DNA of 64,000 nucleotides from a bacterium (GTDB lineage Bacteria; Planctomycetota; JAFGQW01): NCBI GenBank assembly GCA_030426805.1, contig JAUHXU010000004.1, positions 46,792 to 110,791 of the forward strand, read 5' to 3'. Shown piece by piece: positions 18,305 to 26,878 of this stretch (position 1 is its first letter; each line of letters starts with the position of its first letter). The notes under the pieces were generated by a model. It saw only the letters and a program-made list of their open reading frames with translations, ran no database searches and was not told where the DNA came from. The position numbers and the translations under genes were made by a program.

Positions 18305-20154
18305 GCGCCGGCGGCGCGCGTCGTGCCGGTCTTGACGCCGCCGTAGCCCTCGATCGCGAGCAGGCGGTTCGTGTTCTTCCACAGCAGGTTGCGCTGATAG
18401 CCCCCGGGGCCGGTGATCCGATAGCCGTGCTGCCGCGTCGTGACGAGCGCGCGAAAGCGCGGGTCGTCGAGGGCTGCCCGGGCGAGCCGCAACAGGTCGA
18501 CCGCACTTGCGCGGTGGCCGCGCGCCGACAACCCGTGCGGATTGCGGTAGCGCGTGGCCTTCATGCCGAGTGCGCGCGCGGTCCGGTTCATCTCGGCGAT
18601 GAAGTGCGGCAGCGGGTCGCCACCGGCGCCGTCCGGCGCGAAGCGCGCACCGAGGTGCTCGGCGATCGCGACGGCCGCATCGTTGCCCGACGGCAGCATC
18701 AGCCCGTAGAGCAGTTCGCGGAGCGGTAGCGTCTCGCCGGCGCGAACCCCGGCCGTCGACCCGGGCGTGGCGTCGGCGCGGCGCGAGACCGTGACGACCT
18801 CGTCGAGCACGGCCGGTTTCTTCCGCGCGAGCCGCAGCGCGATGTGGGCCGTCATCACCTTCGTCACGCTCGCGAAGGGCAGCGCGCGTTCGCCGGCGTG
18901 GGCGTGCAGCACCTCGCCGGTCTCGCCGTCCGCGATCGCCCATGCGCGGCACGTGACGAACGGGACCCCGTCGAGCGCGTCCGGCTTCGCACGCTCGAGT
19001 CGCTCCGCGTTGACGACGGCCGGGTCGGGGACCGGCTTGTCTCGCGTGACGAGCACCCCGAGCGCCCGCCACGTCGCGTCGGTGACGGTGCCGTCCGCCT
19101 CGATCGACCGGGCCTCCTGGAAGCGGCGGACGGCGGCCTCGGTGGCCGGCCCGAAGTCGCCGTCGACCGACAGCGAGTCGCCGTCCAGGCGCGCGTTGAG
19201 GGTGCGCTGCAGGTCCTCGACGAGTCGGCCGGCGTCGCCGAGTCGGAGCGCCGAGCGCACCGCTGCTTCGCGCCGTCCGTTGAAGTGGCGATACGTGATC
19301 CGCGCGACCTGTGCGATCAAGCGCTCCGCGGCGTTGCGCTCGCTGTAGCGTCGGTCGGTGTTCTTCGCGGTCATCACGCAGATCACGATCGGCCCGGCCG
19401 GCGCGGTGATCACGCCGGCGTCACAGCGCGCGGTCGCGATCGAGCCGGTCTTGTGGGCGATCGGGGTGTCGGCCGGGAGCAGCCGGGGGAGCATCGACCG
19501 GCTTCGACAGGCGGCGAGGTGGCGCAGCATCTCGGCGTCGGCGGTCTTCGAGACGAGCGTGCCGCGCGTCAGCCGTTCGAGCAACGAAACCGCGTCGGCG
19601 GGGGTCGTGCGCCCGACGCCGTAGCGCTTGCTCGCCTCCGCATCGAGCGACGCGTCGCGCGCGTATGTCTTCGAGTGGAGCCGCGTCGCGTCGCAGCCGA
19701 GTGCCTTCATCGCCGCGTTGGTCGCGTCGAGGCCGATCCGATCGATCACGAGGTTCGTCGCGGTGTTGTCGGAGAACGCGATCATCAGCCGGATCGCGTC
19801 GCGGAGTCGGATCGTTGCGCCGTCGGAGAAGTGTTCGCGGAGGACGCCCGCCCCCGGTACCTTGTCGGCGGCGCGGAGCGTGAGGACGTCGTCGAGGTCG
19901 ACGTCGCCCGCCTCGGCGAGCCGATAGGCGGTCACCATGACCGCGAGTTTGATCAAGCTCGCGGTCGGCATCGCCTCGTCGTCGCGGATGCGGACGACGG
20001 TTCCGGACTGGAGGTCCTTCACGGCGATCGCGACGCGACCCGAGTGCGCGTCCGCGAGCGACCGCAGGCGCTCGGTGAGATCCGTGCGTTGCGCCGGCGC
20101 GAGCGAGGCGGCGAGCGTCGTGACGGCGAGCACGAGGCGGGTGAGCGTGGGCAT
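18169..20154 (-). CDS. fusion protein: class-A beta-lactamase-fold domain + PG_binding_1 domain + D-alanyl-D-alanine carboxypeptidase (peptidase S11, PBP5/DacC-like)
   Basis: Signal peptide present. N-domain has SxxK (SLIK), SDN and KTG. Middle carries DGDFGPATEAAVRRFQ. C-domain has SVTK, SGND and KTGTT. Confidence 0.75.
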   Translation of the reverse strand: MPTLTRLVLAVTTLAASLAPAQRTDLTERLRSLADAHSGRVAIAVKDLQSGTVVRIRDDEAMPTASLIKLAVMVTAYRLAEAGDVDLDDVLTLRAADKVPGAGVLREHFSDGATIRLRDAIRLMIAFSDNTATNLVIDRIGLDATNAAMKALGCDATRLHSKTYARDASLDAEASKRYGVGRTTPADAVSLLERLTRGTLVSKTADAEMLRHLAACRSRSMLPRLLPADTPIAHKTGSIATARCDAGVITAPAGPIVICVMTAKNTDRRYSERNAAERLIAQVARITYRHFNGRREAAVRSALRLGDAGRLVEDLQRTLNARLDGDSLSVDGDFGPATEAAVRRFQEARSIEADGTVTDATWRALGVLVTRDKPVPDPAVVNAERLERAKPDALDGVPFVTCRAWAIADGETGEVLHAHAGERALPFASVTKVMTAHIALRLARKKPAVLDEVVTVSRRADATPGSTAGVRAGETLPLRELLYGLMLPSGNDAAVAIAEHLGARFAPDGAGGDPLPHFIAEMNRTARALGMKATRYRNPHGLSARGHRASAVDLLRLARAALDDPRFRALVTTRQHGYRITGPGGYQRNLLWKNTNRLLAIEGYGGVKTGTTRAAGACLASMSERDGKRLLLVVLGAQSSAARYVDSRNLYRWAWRQRLGR

Positions 20155-20172
20155 CGGTCCTCCGGTATGGGG

Positions 20173-20868
20173 TCAGGCGCCGTCGGCGTCGGGGTCGGCG
20201 ACGATCGTGAACGCGGGATGGTCGAGCAACCACGACGCCGGAAACGCCGGATCGGGGGTCGCGCGACGCAGGCGACGGAGCGGTTCGCGTTTTTTGCGAC
20301 CGGTGACGAGCATCACGATCTCGCGCGCGGCCCGAATCTCCCGGAGGCCGAGCGTGATGCCGTGGCTCGGTGCGTCGCCGGCGAAGGACCGGGCGAGTCC
20401 GGCCCGCGTGTCCCGCGCGAGTGCGACGACGCGCGCCGGCGCGTCGATCGCGGATCCGGGCTCGTTGTAGCCGACGTGGCCGTTCGGTCCGAGGCCGAGC
20501 ACGACGAGGTCGGCACCGCCGAGCGCGTCGAGTGCGGCGACGTGGCGAGTGATCTCGCGGTCGGGCGACTCCGCGCCGCCGTCGAACAGATGGTCGCGGT
20601 CGGCACTGCGGGGCACGTGGTCGAGCAGCTGCGTCCGGAGGAAGCGGCGAAAGCTCCGCGGATCGTCCCGACCGACGCCGACCAACTCGTCGAGCTGGAA
20701 CACGTGTGCGTGCGACAGGTCGATTCCGCCCCTGCGGCTTCGCGCGACGAGTTCGGCGTAGAGGGGAATCGGGGTCGCGCCGGCCGGCAGCACGAGTCGC
20801 GCGTCCGGCCGATCGGCGATCACGCGTGCGACGACGTCGGCGACGGTGCGCACGCACGTCGCGGTCAT
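20173..20868 (-). CDS. nagB: glucosamine-6-phosphate deaminase
   Basis: LGLGPNGHVGYNEPGS matches the NagB/Pgl fold motif. The GYNEP variant favours NagB. ATG at 20868 overlaps the upstream gene by 4 nt. Confidence 0.65.
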   Translation of the reverse strand: MTATCVRTVADVVARVIADRPDARLVLPAGATPIPLYAELVARSRRGGIDLSHAHVFQLDELVGVGRDDPRSFRRFLRTQLLDHVPRSADRDHLFDGGAESPDREITRHVAALDALGGADLVVLGLGPNGHVGYNEPGSAIDAPARVVALARDTRAGLARSFAGDAPSHGITLGLREIRAAREIVMLVTGRKKREPLRRLRRATPDPAFPASWLLDHPAFTIVADPDADGA

Positions 20869-22043
20869 TCGGCGGCCCTCTGGACGTGCGGGACGAGTGC
20901 GTCGCGCAGGGCCGTGCGCCGCGCGTCGGACTTCGTCGCGCGACCGTCGGTCGGGAACAAGTCGCGATAGGCGAACACCGCGAACGCCCGATTCGCGGCG
21001 ATCGCCGCGTCGATCTGATCGCGGGCGAGCGTGATCGCGTCCTCGGTCGAGCGGTCGCTGCGGATCGACAGGCCGGGTACGACCCGGGCGGACCCCGGCG
21101 CCGGCGTCCACGCGTCGAGGCCGGTTTGGAAGTCGGCGAGCGTGCGCCGGTAGTTCATCGGGAAGACCGCGTCGACGTCGCCGCGGCGCACCCACGTCCG
21201 GGCGTCGCGGTGGTGCGTGAGGCTTCGCTGCCGGTTCGTCCCGACTGCCGCGGTCAGCGCGACGCTCGGTTTCTCCTCCCGCACCATCGCGCGAATCTCG
21301 GCGACGAGGCGGTTGACCTGCTCGGTGCGCCACCGGTCCCAGGCCGCGCGGTCGTCGTCCGGCGCGAGCCCCGTCTCGGCGCGGTAGAGCGCGAGGGTGT
21401 GGGCGTCGCGCGGATAGTCCGGGATCCGTTCGCCCGGGAGGACCGGCTCGTTCGGAAAGCGGATGTAGTCGAGGTGCAGCGCGTCGATGTCGTAGCCGCG
21501 GACGATCTCTCGAAAGACCTCGACCAGGTAGGCGCGCACCTCCGCCCAGCACGGGTTGACGCTGACATACCAGCCGCGCGACTTGCCGCCCACCCGGTGG
21601 ACCAGCGGTTGCCGTCGACCCTGAGCGTCGTGCCAGAACCACTCGGGGCGCCGGTTGTAGAGCTGCTTCGGGTCGCGGGGCTTCTTCGGCCCGGTCCAGC
21701 CCGGCATCACGTTCACCCACGCTTGCAGCGACACGCCGCGACGGTCGGCGGCGGCGCACGCGACCGCGAGCGGGTCGAATCCCGGGTCGGCGCCGCCGAG
21801 TTCCTCGGCCCACGGCTCGAGCGTGGACCGGTAGAACGCGGTGCCGTTGCCGCGCACCTGGAAGAGCACGGTGTTGAAGCCGGCATCGGCGCAGTTGCGG
21901 ACGATCCGCTCGACGTCGTCCTGGGTGCGGTAGTCCCAGCGGGTGACCCAGATCGCTCGGACGTCGGCGGTGCGGGATGCGCACGCGCCGAGTGTCGTCG
22001 TCAGCAGCAGCGCGAGCGTCGGCGCGAGTCTCACGGCATTCAC
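20865..22043 (-). CDS. glycoside-hydrolase-family-10-like (DUF187/YngK family) lipoprotein
   Basis: Lipobox LGAC followed by the IWVTRWDY...FNTVLFQVRG TIM-barrel pattern of the GHL10 family. Confidence 0.55.
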   Translation of the reverse strand: MNAVRLAPTLALLLTTTLGACASRTADVRAIWVTRWDYRTQDDVERIVRNCADAGFNTVLFQVRGNGTAFYRSTLEPWAEELGGADPGFDPLAVACAAADRRGVSLQAWVNVMPGWTGPKKPRDPKQLYNRRPEWFWHDAQGRRQPLVHRVGGKSRGWYVSVNPCWAEVRAYLVEVFREIVRGYDIDALHLDYIRFPNEPVLPGERIPDYPRDAHTLALYRAETGLAPDDDRAAWDRWRTEQVNRLVAEIRAMVREEKPSVALTAAVGTNRQRSLTHHRDARTWVRRGDVDAVFPMNYRRTLADFQTGLDAWTPAPGSARVVPGLSIRSDRSTEDAITLARDQIDAAIAANRAFAVFAYRDLFPTDGRATKSDARRTALRDALVPHVQRAAE

Positions 22044-22118
22044 CTCCCCGGATCGCCGTGTATCATGCGTCCGCCGCGCACGGGAATCAACCGCGCGCCT
22101 TGGCTACGGGAGACCGCC

Positions 22119-23231
22119 GTGACTCGCATCGCCGTCTTGTCGTTGCTCGTGTTCGCGAGCGCGTGTGCGTCCGATCCGACCGCACCGGAATCGCCACCGG
22201 CCGGCCCACCGTCGGTCCCGCCGCCGGACCCGATGGTCGCGGTCGACACGCTCCATCCGGCACCGGACGATTTCGCACTCGCACGGGTGGCGACGGCGGA
22301 CTACCCGATCCCGCCCGAGGCGCGATTCCTCGACGGCGTGAACGTGTGCCTCGACCCCGGCCACGGTGGGCAGGCGTCGCGGCGCGGCTACAAGCGCGGA
22401 CCCACCGGCGTCCGCGAAGCGGAGATGAACCTGCGCGTCGCACGCTACCTTCGCGCGTTTCTCGAGCGCGCCGGCGCCGCCGTCCGCTTGACGCGCGACG
22501 CCGACGTCGACGTGAGCCTGAAAGAGCGCGCCGCGATCGCGAATCGGTGGGGCGCCGATTGGTTCATCTCGCTGCACCACAACGCGGCGTCCAAGCCGAC
22601 CGTGAACCGCACGACGGTCTGGTATCACCGCGACGTCGACCATCGGCCGTCGAGCCTCGACCTGGCGCGCCACCTCTACCGGGGCCTCCGCGACGCGCTG
22701 GCGCTCGAGCAGATCACCGGGTTGCCGCTGAAGAGCGACCAGTTGATGTTCAAGAACGGCTTCGGCGTGCTGCGGCATGCGCGCATGACGTCCGCGCTGT
22801 GCGAGAGTTCGTTCTTCACGCATCCCGACGAGGAGCAGCGGCTGCGGCGTCCCGACTACAACTTGCGAGAAGCATACGGACTCTTTCTCGCGCTCGTCCG
22901 GTACGCCGCGGGCGGGCTGCCGCGCGTCGCCGCGCTGACCGACCCGGCCGCGCCGATCCGAGCCGGCGCGACGCTGCGCTTCACGCTCGACGACGGCCTG
23001 CGGGGACGCAAGGCGTGGGGGAGCGGCCGGACGATGATCCTCGCCGACTCGATCGCCGTCCGTATCGACGGCGCCGTCGTTCCGCACCGCTTCGACGCGA
23101 AGCGCTACCGCCTGTCGGTCGTCGTGCCCGAGGGCATCGCGGCGGGCGAGCACACCGTCGACGTGCGCTTCGAGAACATGTTCAAACACAGCGCCCTGAC
23201 GCCGCCGTTCCGCTACCGCGTCGCGGAGTGA
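22119..23231 (+). CDS. N-acetylmuramoyl-L-alanine amidase (Amidase_3) lipoprotein
   Basis: CLDPGHGG, ISLHHNA and ESSFFTHPDE are Amidase_3 Zn-ligand motifs. Signal peptide plus lipobox SAC. RBS GGGAGA precedes GTG 22119. Confidence 0.75.
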   Translation: MTRIAVLSLLVFASACASDPTAPESPPAGPPSVPPPDPMVAVDTLHPAPDDFALARVATADYPIPPEARFLDGVNVCLDPGHGGQASRRGYKRGPTGVREAEMNLRVARYLRAFLERAGAAVRLTRDADVDVSLKERAAIANRWGADWFISLHHNAASKPTVNRTTVWYHRDVDHRPSSLDLARHLYRGLRDALALEQITGLPLKSDQLMFKNGFGVLRHARMTSALCESSFFTHPDEEQRLRRPDYNLREAYGLFLALVRYAAGGLPRVAALTDPAAPIRAGATLRFTLDDGLRGRKAWGSGRTMILADSIAVRIDGAVVPHRFDAKRYRLSVVVPEGIAAGEHTVDVRFENMFKHSALTPPFRYRVAE

Positions 23232-23232
23232 C

Positions 23233-24579
23233 TCACAGCTTCACGTAGATCCGTCGCCAGTGCAGGAGGCCGACGCCCACGGTCGCGAGCGTCACGAACG
23301 CGATCGCCCACGCGAGCGACGCGTCGGTGCGCAGCGTGAACGCCGGGTCGAACAGCGAGGTCATCGCGGCGCGTTTGACGCCGAGTCGGCTCGCGGCCTG
23401 CGCCGCCATCCCGGCCGCGACGAAGACGAGGATCGCGTTGCGTCCGTGCCACACGAACGGTGCCGCGAGTCGGGCGCCGGCGCCGCGCTCGAACGCGATC
23501 CGACAGACCGCGAGCGCGAGGCACGCCAGGCCGGCGGTGAAGAGCGCGAAGCTCGTCGACCAGAGCCGCTTGTTGATCGGGAAGTCGAGGCCCACGGCCC
23601 ACCCGAGCGCCGCGAGCGCGACGCCGCCGACGACGAGTCCGCCGATTCGGTCGCGCTCGCGAACGTCGGTGCGTCCGAGCCACCGCCCGGCGAGGACCCC
23701 CAGTGCGACGGTCGCGGCCGCCGGGATCGTGCTGAGCACGCCCTCCGGATCGAACGACCAGATCAGCGCGCCGTCGGCGTCGCGGAGCTTCCGGACCGCC
23801 CAGACGTGCTCGCCGAGTGCGTGAAAGTCGACCCAGAAGCACCAGTTCGAGAAGAGCATCGCGCGGGGGGTCGACGCGGTCGGGAACGCGCGGTCGAGGT
23901 CGGCCGGGCCGAAACCGGGCACCGGGACGTAGACCATCCAGAGCCAGTAGGCGGCGAGTGCGACGGCGGTCGCGACCGCGATCGTGCGCACGCGCGGGCA
24001 GAGCAGGTAGAGCGCGGCGACGACGACGTAGCACACCCCGATGCGGACGAGCACGCCGGGCACGCGGAGGTGCGCGATGCGGCGGACGAGGGCGTCGTCC
24101 GGTGCGACGAGCGGCGCCGCGACGGCGGCCACCGCGGCGCCGGCGACCAGCGCGACGAGCGCGCCGCGCGGGCGTCGGCCGAGGAGCGCGGCCAGGGCGC
24201 CGATCACGGCGACGACCGCACCCACCCGGAGGACGACACCGGCCGCGTCGATCGACGGCGGCATCGCGATCGCGCTGAACGTGCCGCCCCAGTAGCCGAG
24301 CAGCGCGAGCGCGAGCCCCCGTCGCACGACGTGGCCGACGATCGCGCCGCGCGACGCGCCGCCGGCGACGCGGCGGTCGAACGCGATCGGAATCGCGACG
24401 CCGACGATGAACAGGAAGAACGGAAAGACGAGGTCGGTCGGCGTCCAGCCGTTCCACGCCGCGTGGCGCAGCGGCGCGTGGATCGCGCCCCAGTGGCCCG
24501 GATTGTTCACGAGCAGCATCGCCGCGACGGTCGCGCCACGGAAGGCGTCGAGCGACGTCGACCGACTGTGCTGCTGCAT
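23233..24579 (-). CDS. DUF1624/HGSNAT-like transmembrane acyltransferase (heparan-alpha-glucosaminide N-acetyltransferase family)
   Basis: N-terminal RSTSLDAFRGATVAAMLLVNNPGHW is the family signature, followed by ~10 TM helices. Confidence 0.65.
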   Translation of the reverse strand: MQQHSRSTSLDAFRGATVAAMLLVNNPGHWGAIHAPLRHAAWNGWTPTDLVFPFFLFIVGVAIPIAFDRRVAGGASRGAIVGHVVRRGLALALLGYWGGTFSAIAMPPSIDAAGVVLRVGAVVAVIGALAALLGRRPRGALVALVAGAAVAAVAAPLVAPDDALVRRIAHLRVPGVLVRIGVCYVVVAALYLLCPRVRTIAVATAVALAAYWLWMVYVPVPGFGPADLDRAFPTASTPRAMLFSNWCFWVDFHALGEHVWAVRKLRDADGALIWSFDPEGVLSTIPAAATVALGVLAGRWLGRTDVRERDRIGGLVVGGVALAALGWAVGLDFPINKRLWSTSFALFTAGLACLALAVCRIAFERGAGARLAAPFVWHGRNAILVFVAAGMAAQAASRLGVKRAAMTSLFDPAFTLRTDASLAWAIAFVTLATVGVGLLHWRRIYVKL

Positions 24580-24677
24580 CGGGGGGCTCCTCGGGACGAC
24601 GGGCGAGGGTAGCGGCCGGGCGATGGTCGTGCAAGGCGTGTCGACCTGATACGATCGGCGCCGGAGAGGAGTCGGCG

Positions 24678-25871
24678 ATGCGCGCTCGAAGGGTTCTCGC
24701 GTCGATCGCGCTGTCGATCGCCGCGGTCGTCCAAACCGACCGGATCGCGTGGGCGCAAGCTGTGGCGCCGGTCGCGTGGACGCACGAGGTCGTCGGGGTC
24801 GGCGTCGTCCTGCGGACGTGTGCGTGCGAGTTGGCCGGACTGCCGCAGACGGTGTCGGTGCTCGAGGTGGACCCGCGGGAGGGGGCGCGGCTCGCGCTCG
24901 CGTGTCCGGGCGGTTTCGTCGGCACGCGGGCGATCGGTCGGGCGCGGGCAGCGGTCGCGGCCGTCAACGGCGGGTTCTTCGACCGGCAGGGTCGTTCGGT
25001 CGGCGTGCTGCGGATCGGCGGCGAGGCGTTCGGCGCGCGGCACGACAATCGAACGACCGGCGTCGTGATCGACGAGCGGGGGCGGGCGCGGATCGCGACC
25101 GACGCGCGTGCGTCCTTCGACGGCGTGCGCGACGTGATGACCGCGGGGCCGCTACTCGTGGCCGATGGCGCGGTCGTCGCGGGCGCGAAGGACTGGTCCA
25201 AGACGCGCCACCCGCGCACCGCGGTGGGGCGGCGGCGCGACGGCGTCGTCGTGTTCGTGCCGATCGACGGGCGCACGGTCGCGTCCCGCGGGGTGTCGCT
25301 CGCGGTGCTCGCCGACTACATGCGGGAACTCGGCTGCGTCCGCGCGCTGAATCTCGACGGTGGTGGGTCGACGACGATGTGGGTGCGCGGCGAACCGGAA
25401 GGCGGGATCGTCAACCACCCGTGCGACAACCGTCGGCACGACCACGCGGGCGAGCGCAAGGTGCCGAACGCGATCGTCGTGATCGCGCGGGATGTCGTCG
25501 TCGGTGAGACCGAGGACGCCGTCTTCGAACCGGACGGCGCGTGGCGTCGATCGACCGATGGGGCGGCGTTCGCGGGGCGTGACTGGCGCCGTGCGAACGC
25601 ACCCGGCGCCCGTGCGCGCTGGCGGCTCCCGGTCGACTTCGTCGGCGAATGGACGGTCGAGATCTGGTCGCCGCGCGCCGAGGGCCTCGCTCGTGCGCGG
25701 CTGTCCGGCGCGGGGCTCGACGTCGTGGTGGACCAGGCGACGGGTGGCGGCGCGTGGCGCGCGGTCGGGACCGTCCGCGTCGATGCGCCGGGCGTCGTCG
25801 AACTCGAACTCGCCTCGATCGGGTCGGGCGTGCTCGCCGCGGACGCGGTGCGGCTCGTCCAGCGCGGTTGA
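24678..25871 (+). CDS. phosphodiester glycosidase family protein (NAGPA 'uncovering enzyme'-like, DUF2233)
   Basis: Signal peptide, then VNGGFF, RTAVG and NLDGGGSTTMW motifs of the family. Confidence 0.65.
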   Translation: MRARRVLASIALSIAAVVQTDRIAWAQAVAPVAWTHEVVGVGVVLRTCACELAGLPQTVSVLEVDPREGARLALACPGGFVGTRAIGRARAAVAAVNGGFFDRQGRSVGVLRIGGEAFGARHDNRTTGVVIDERGRARIATDARASFDGVRDVMTAGPLLVADGAVVAGAKDWSKTRHPRTAVGRRRDGVVVFVPIDGRTVASRGVSLAVLADYMRELGCVRALNLDGGGSTTMWVRGEPEGGIVNHPCDNRRHDHAGERKVPNAIVVIARDVVVGETEDAVFEPDGAWRRSTDGAAFAGRDWRRANAPGARARWRLPVDFVGEWTVEIWSPRAEGLARARLSGAGLDVVVDQATGGGAWRAVGTVRVDAPGVVELELASIGSGVLAADAVRLVQRG

Positions 25872-25906
25872 TCCGCGCCCGACGGCGCGATAGGCTGACC
25901 GCCCCC

Positions 25907-26878
25907 GTGGAAGCGATCGCGAACACCTTCGTCGGCATCGACGGCGGCGGCACGAAGACCGTCGCGGTGCTGGCCACCGCCGACGGACGCATCGTCGCGA
26001 CCGCGCGCGGCGGCAGCGGCAACCCCACGTCGCTCGGCGCGGCGCGCTTCGAGGCGACGCTGCGTGCCCTCCTCGCCGAGCTGCTCGCCGACCGGCCACC
26101 GTCGACCGTCCGTCATGCGACCCTCGGCCTCGCCGGTGTCGGCGACCCGTCGGTGCGCGCCCACGTCCGGGACGTGTGCGTCCGTGCCGGGCTGGCCGAC
26201 GTCACGGTGATCACCGACGCCGAACTGCACCACGACGCGGCCCACGGCGATGCGCCCGGGATCGTGCTCGCGGTCGGGACCGGCTCGGTCGCGACCGGTC
26301 GCGGCGTCGGCGGTTCGCTCGTCGTCTGCGGCGGCTGGGGCTACCTCCTCGGCGACGACGGCAGCGGCTACGCGATCGGGCGCGCTGCGATCCGCGCGGC
26401 GCTCGACGCGCATGAGCGTGGAGCCGCACCCGACGCGCTCGTGTCGGCGCTCCTCGCCCACTACGACGCGTCGGCGGCGCCGGAGTTGATCGCGACCGTC
26501 CACGCCGCGCCATGCCCGCAGGCCCGTGTGGCCGAGGCCGCGACGATCGTCGCCGCGTGTGCCGCAGCGGGTGAGGCCACCGCGCGTGCGCTGGTCGATG
26601 CCGCGGCGCGCGACCTCGTGACCCTCGCCCGGCGCGCGATCGACCGCGCGGAACTCGTACGACCCGTCCCGACGGTGCTCGTCGGCGGCCTGCTCGAGCC
26701 GGGCGGTCCGCTCGCGACGGCATTCGACCGTGCCGCGCACGACGCCGGCCTCGCACTCGAACGTCGCGACCTGCGCCGCACGACGCTCGGTGCCGCGATC
26801 GCGCGTGCCGTGGCCTCGACGGATCTCACCCCCGACCCCTCCGCCCAGGAGCGAATCGATGCGATCGATCTTCCGTAG
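25907..26878 (+). CDS. N-acetylglucosamine kinase (BadF/BadG/BcrA/BcrD ATPase family)
   Basis: Motifs FVGIDGGGTKT, LAVGTGS and GGWGYLLGDDGSGY. GTG start at 25907. Confidence 0.7.
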   Translation: MEAIANTFVGIDGGGTKTVAVLATADGRIVATARGGSGNPTSLGAARFEATLRALLAELLADRPPSTVRHATLGLAGVGDPSVRAHVRDVCVRAGLADVTVITDAELHHDAAHGDAPGIVLAVGTGSVATGRGVGGSLVVCGGWGYLLGDDGSGYAIGRAAIRAALDAHERGAAPDALVSALLAHYDASAAPELIATVHAAPCPQARVAEAATIVAACAAAGEATARALVDAAARDLVTLARRAIDRAELVRPVPTVLVGGLLEPGGPLATAFDRAAHDAGLALERRDLRRTTLGAAIARAVASTDLTPDPSAQERIDAIDLP

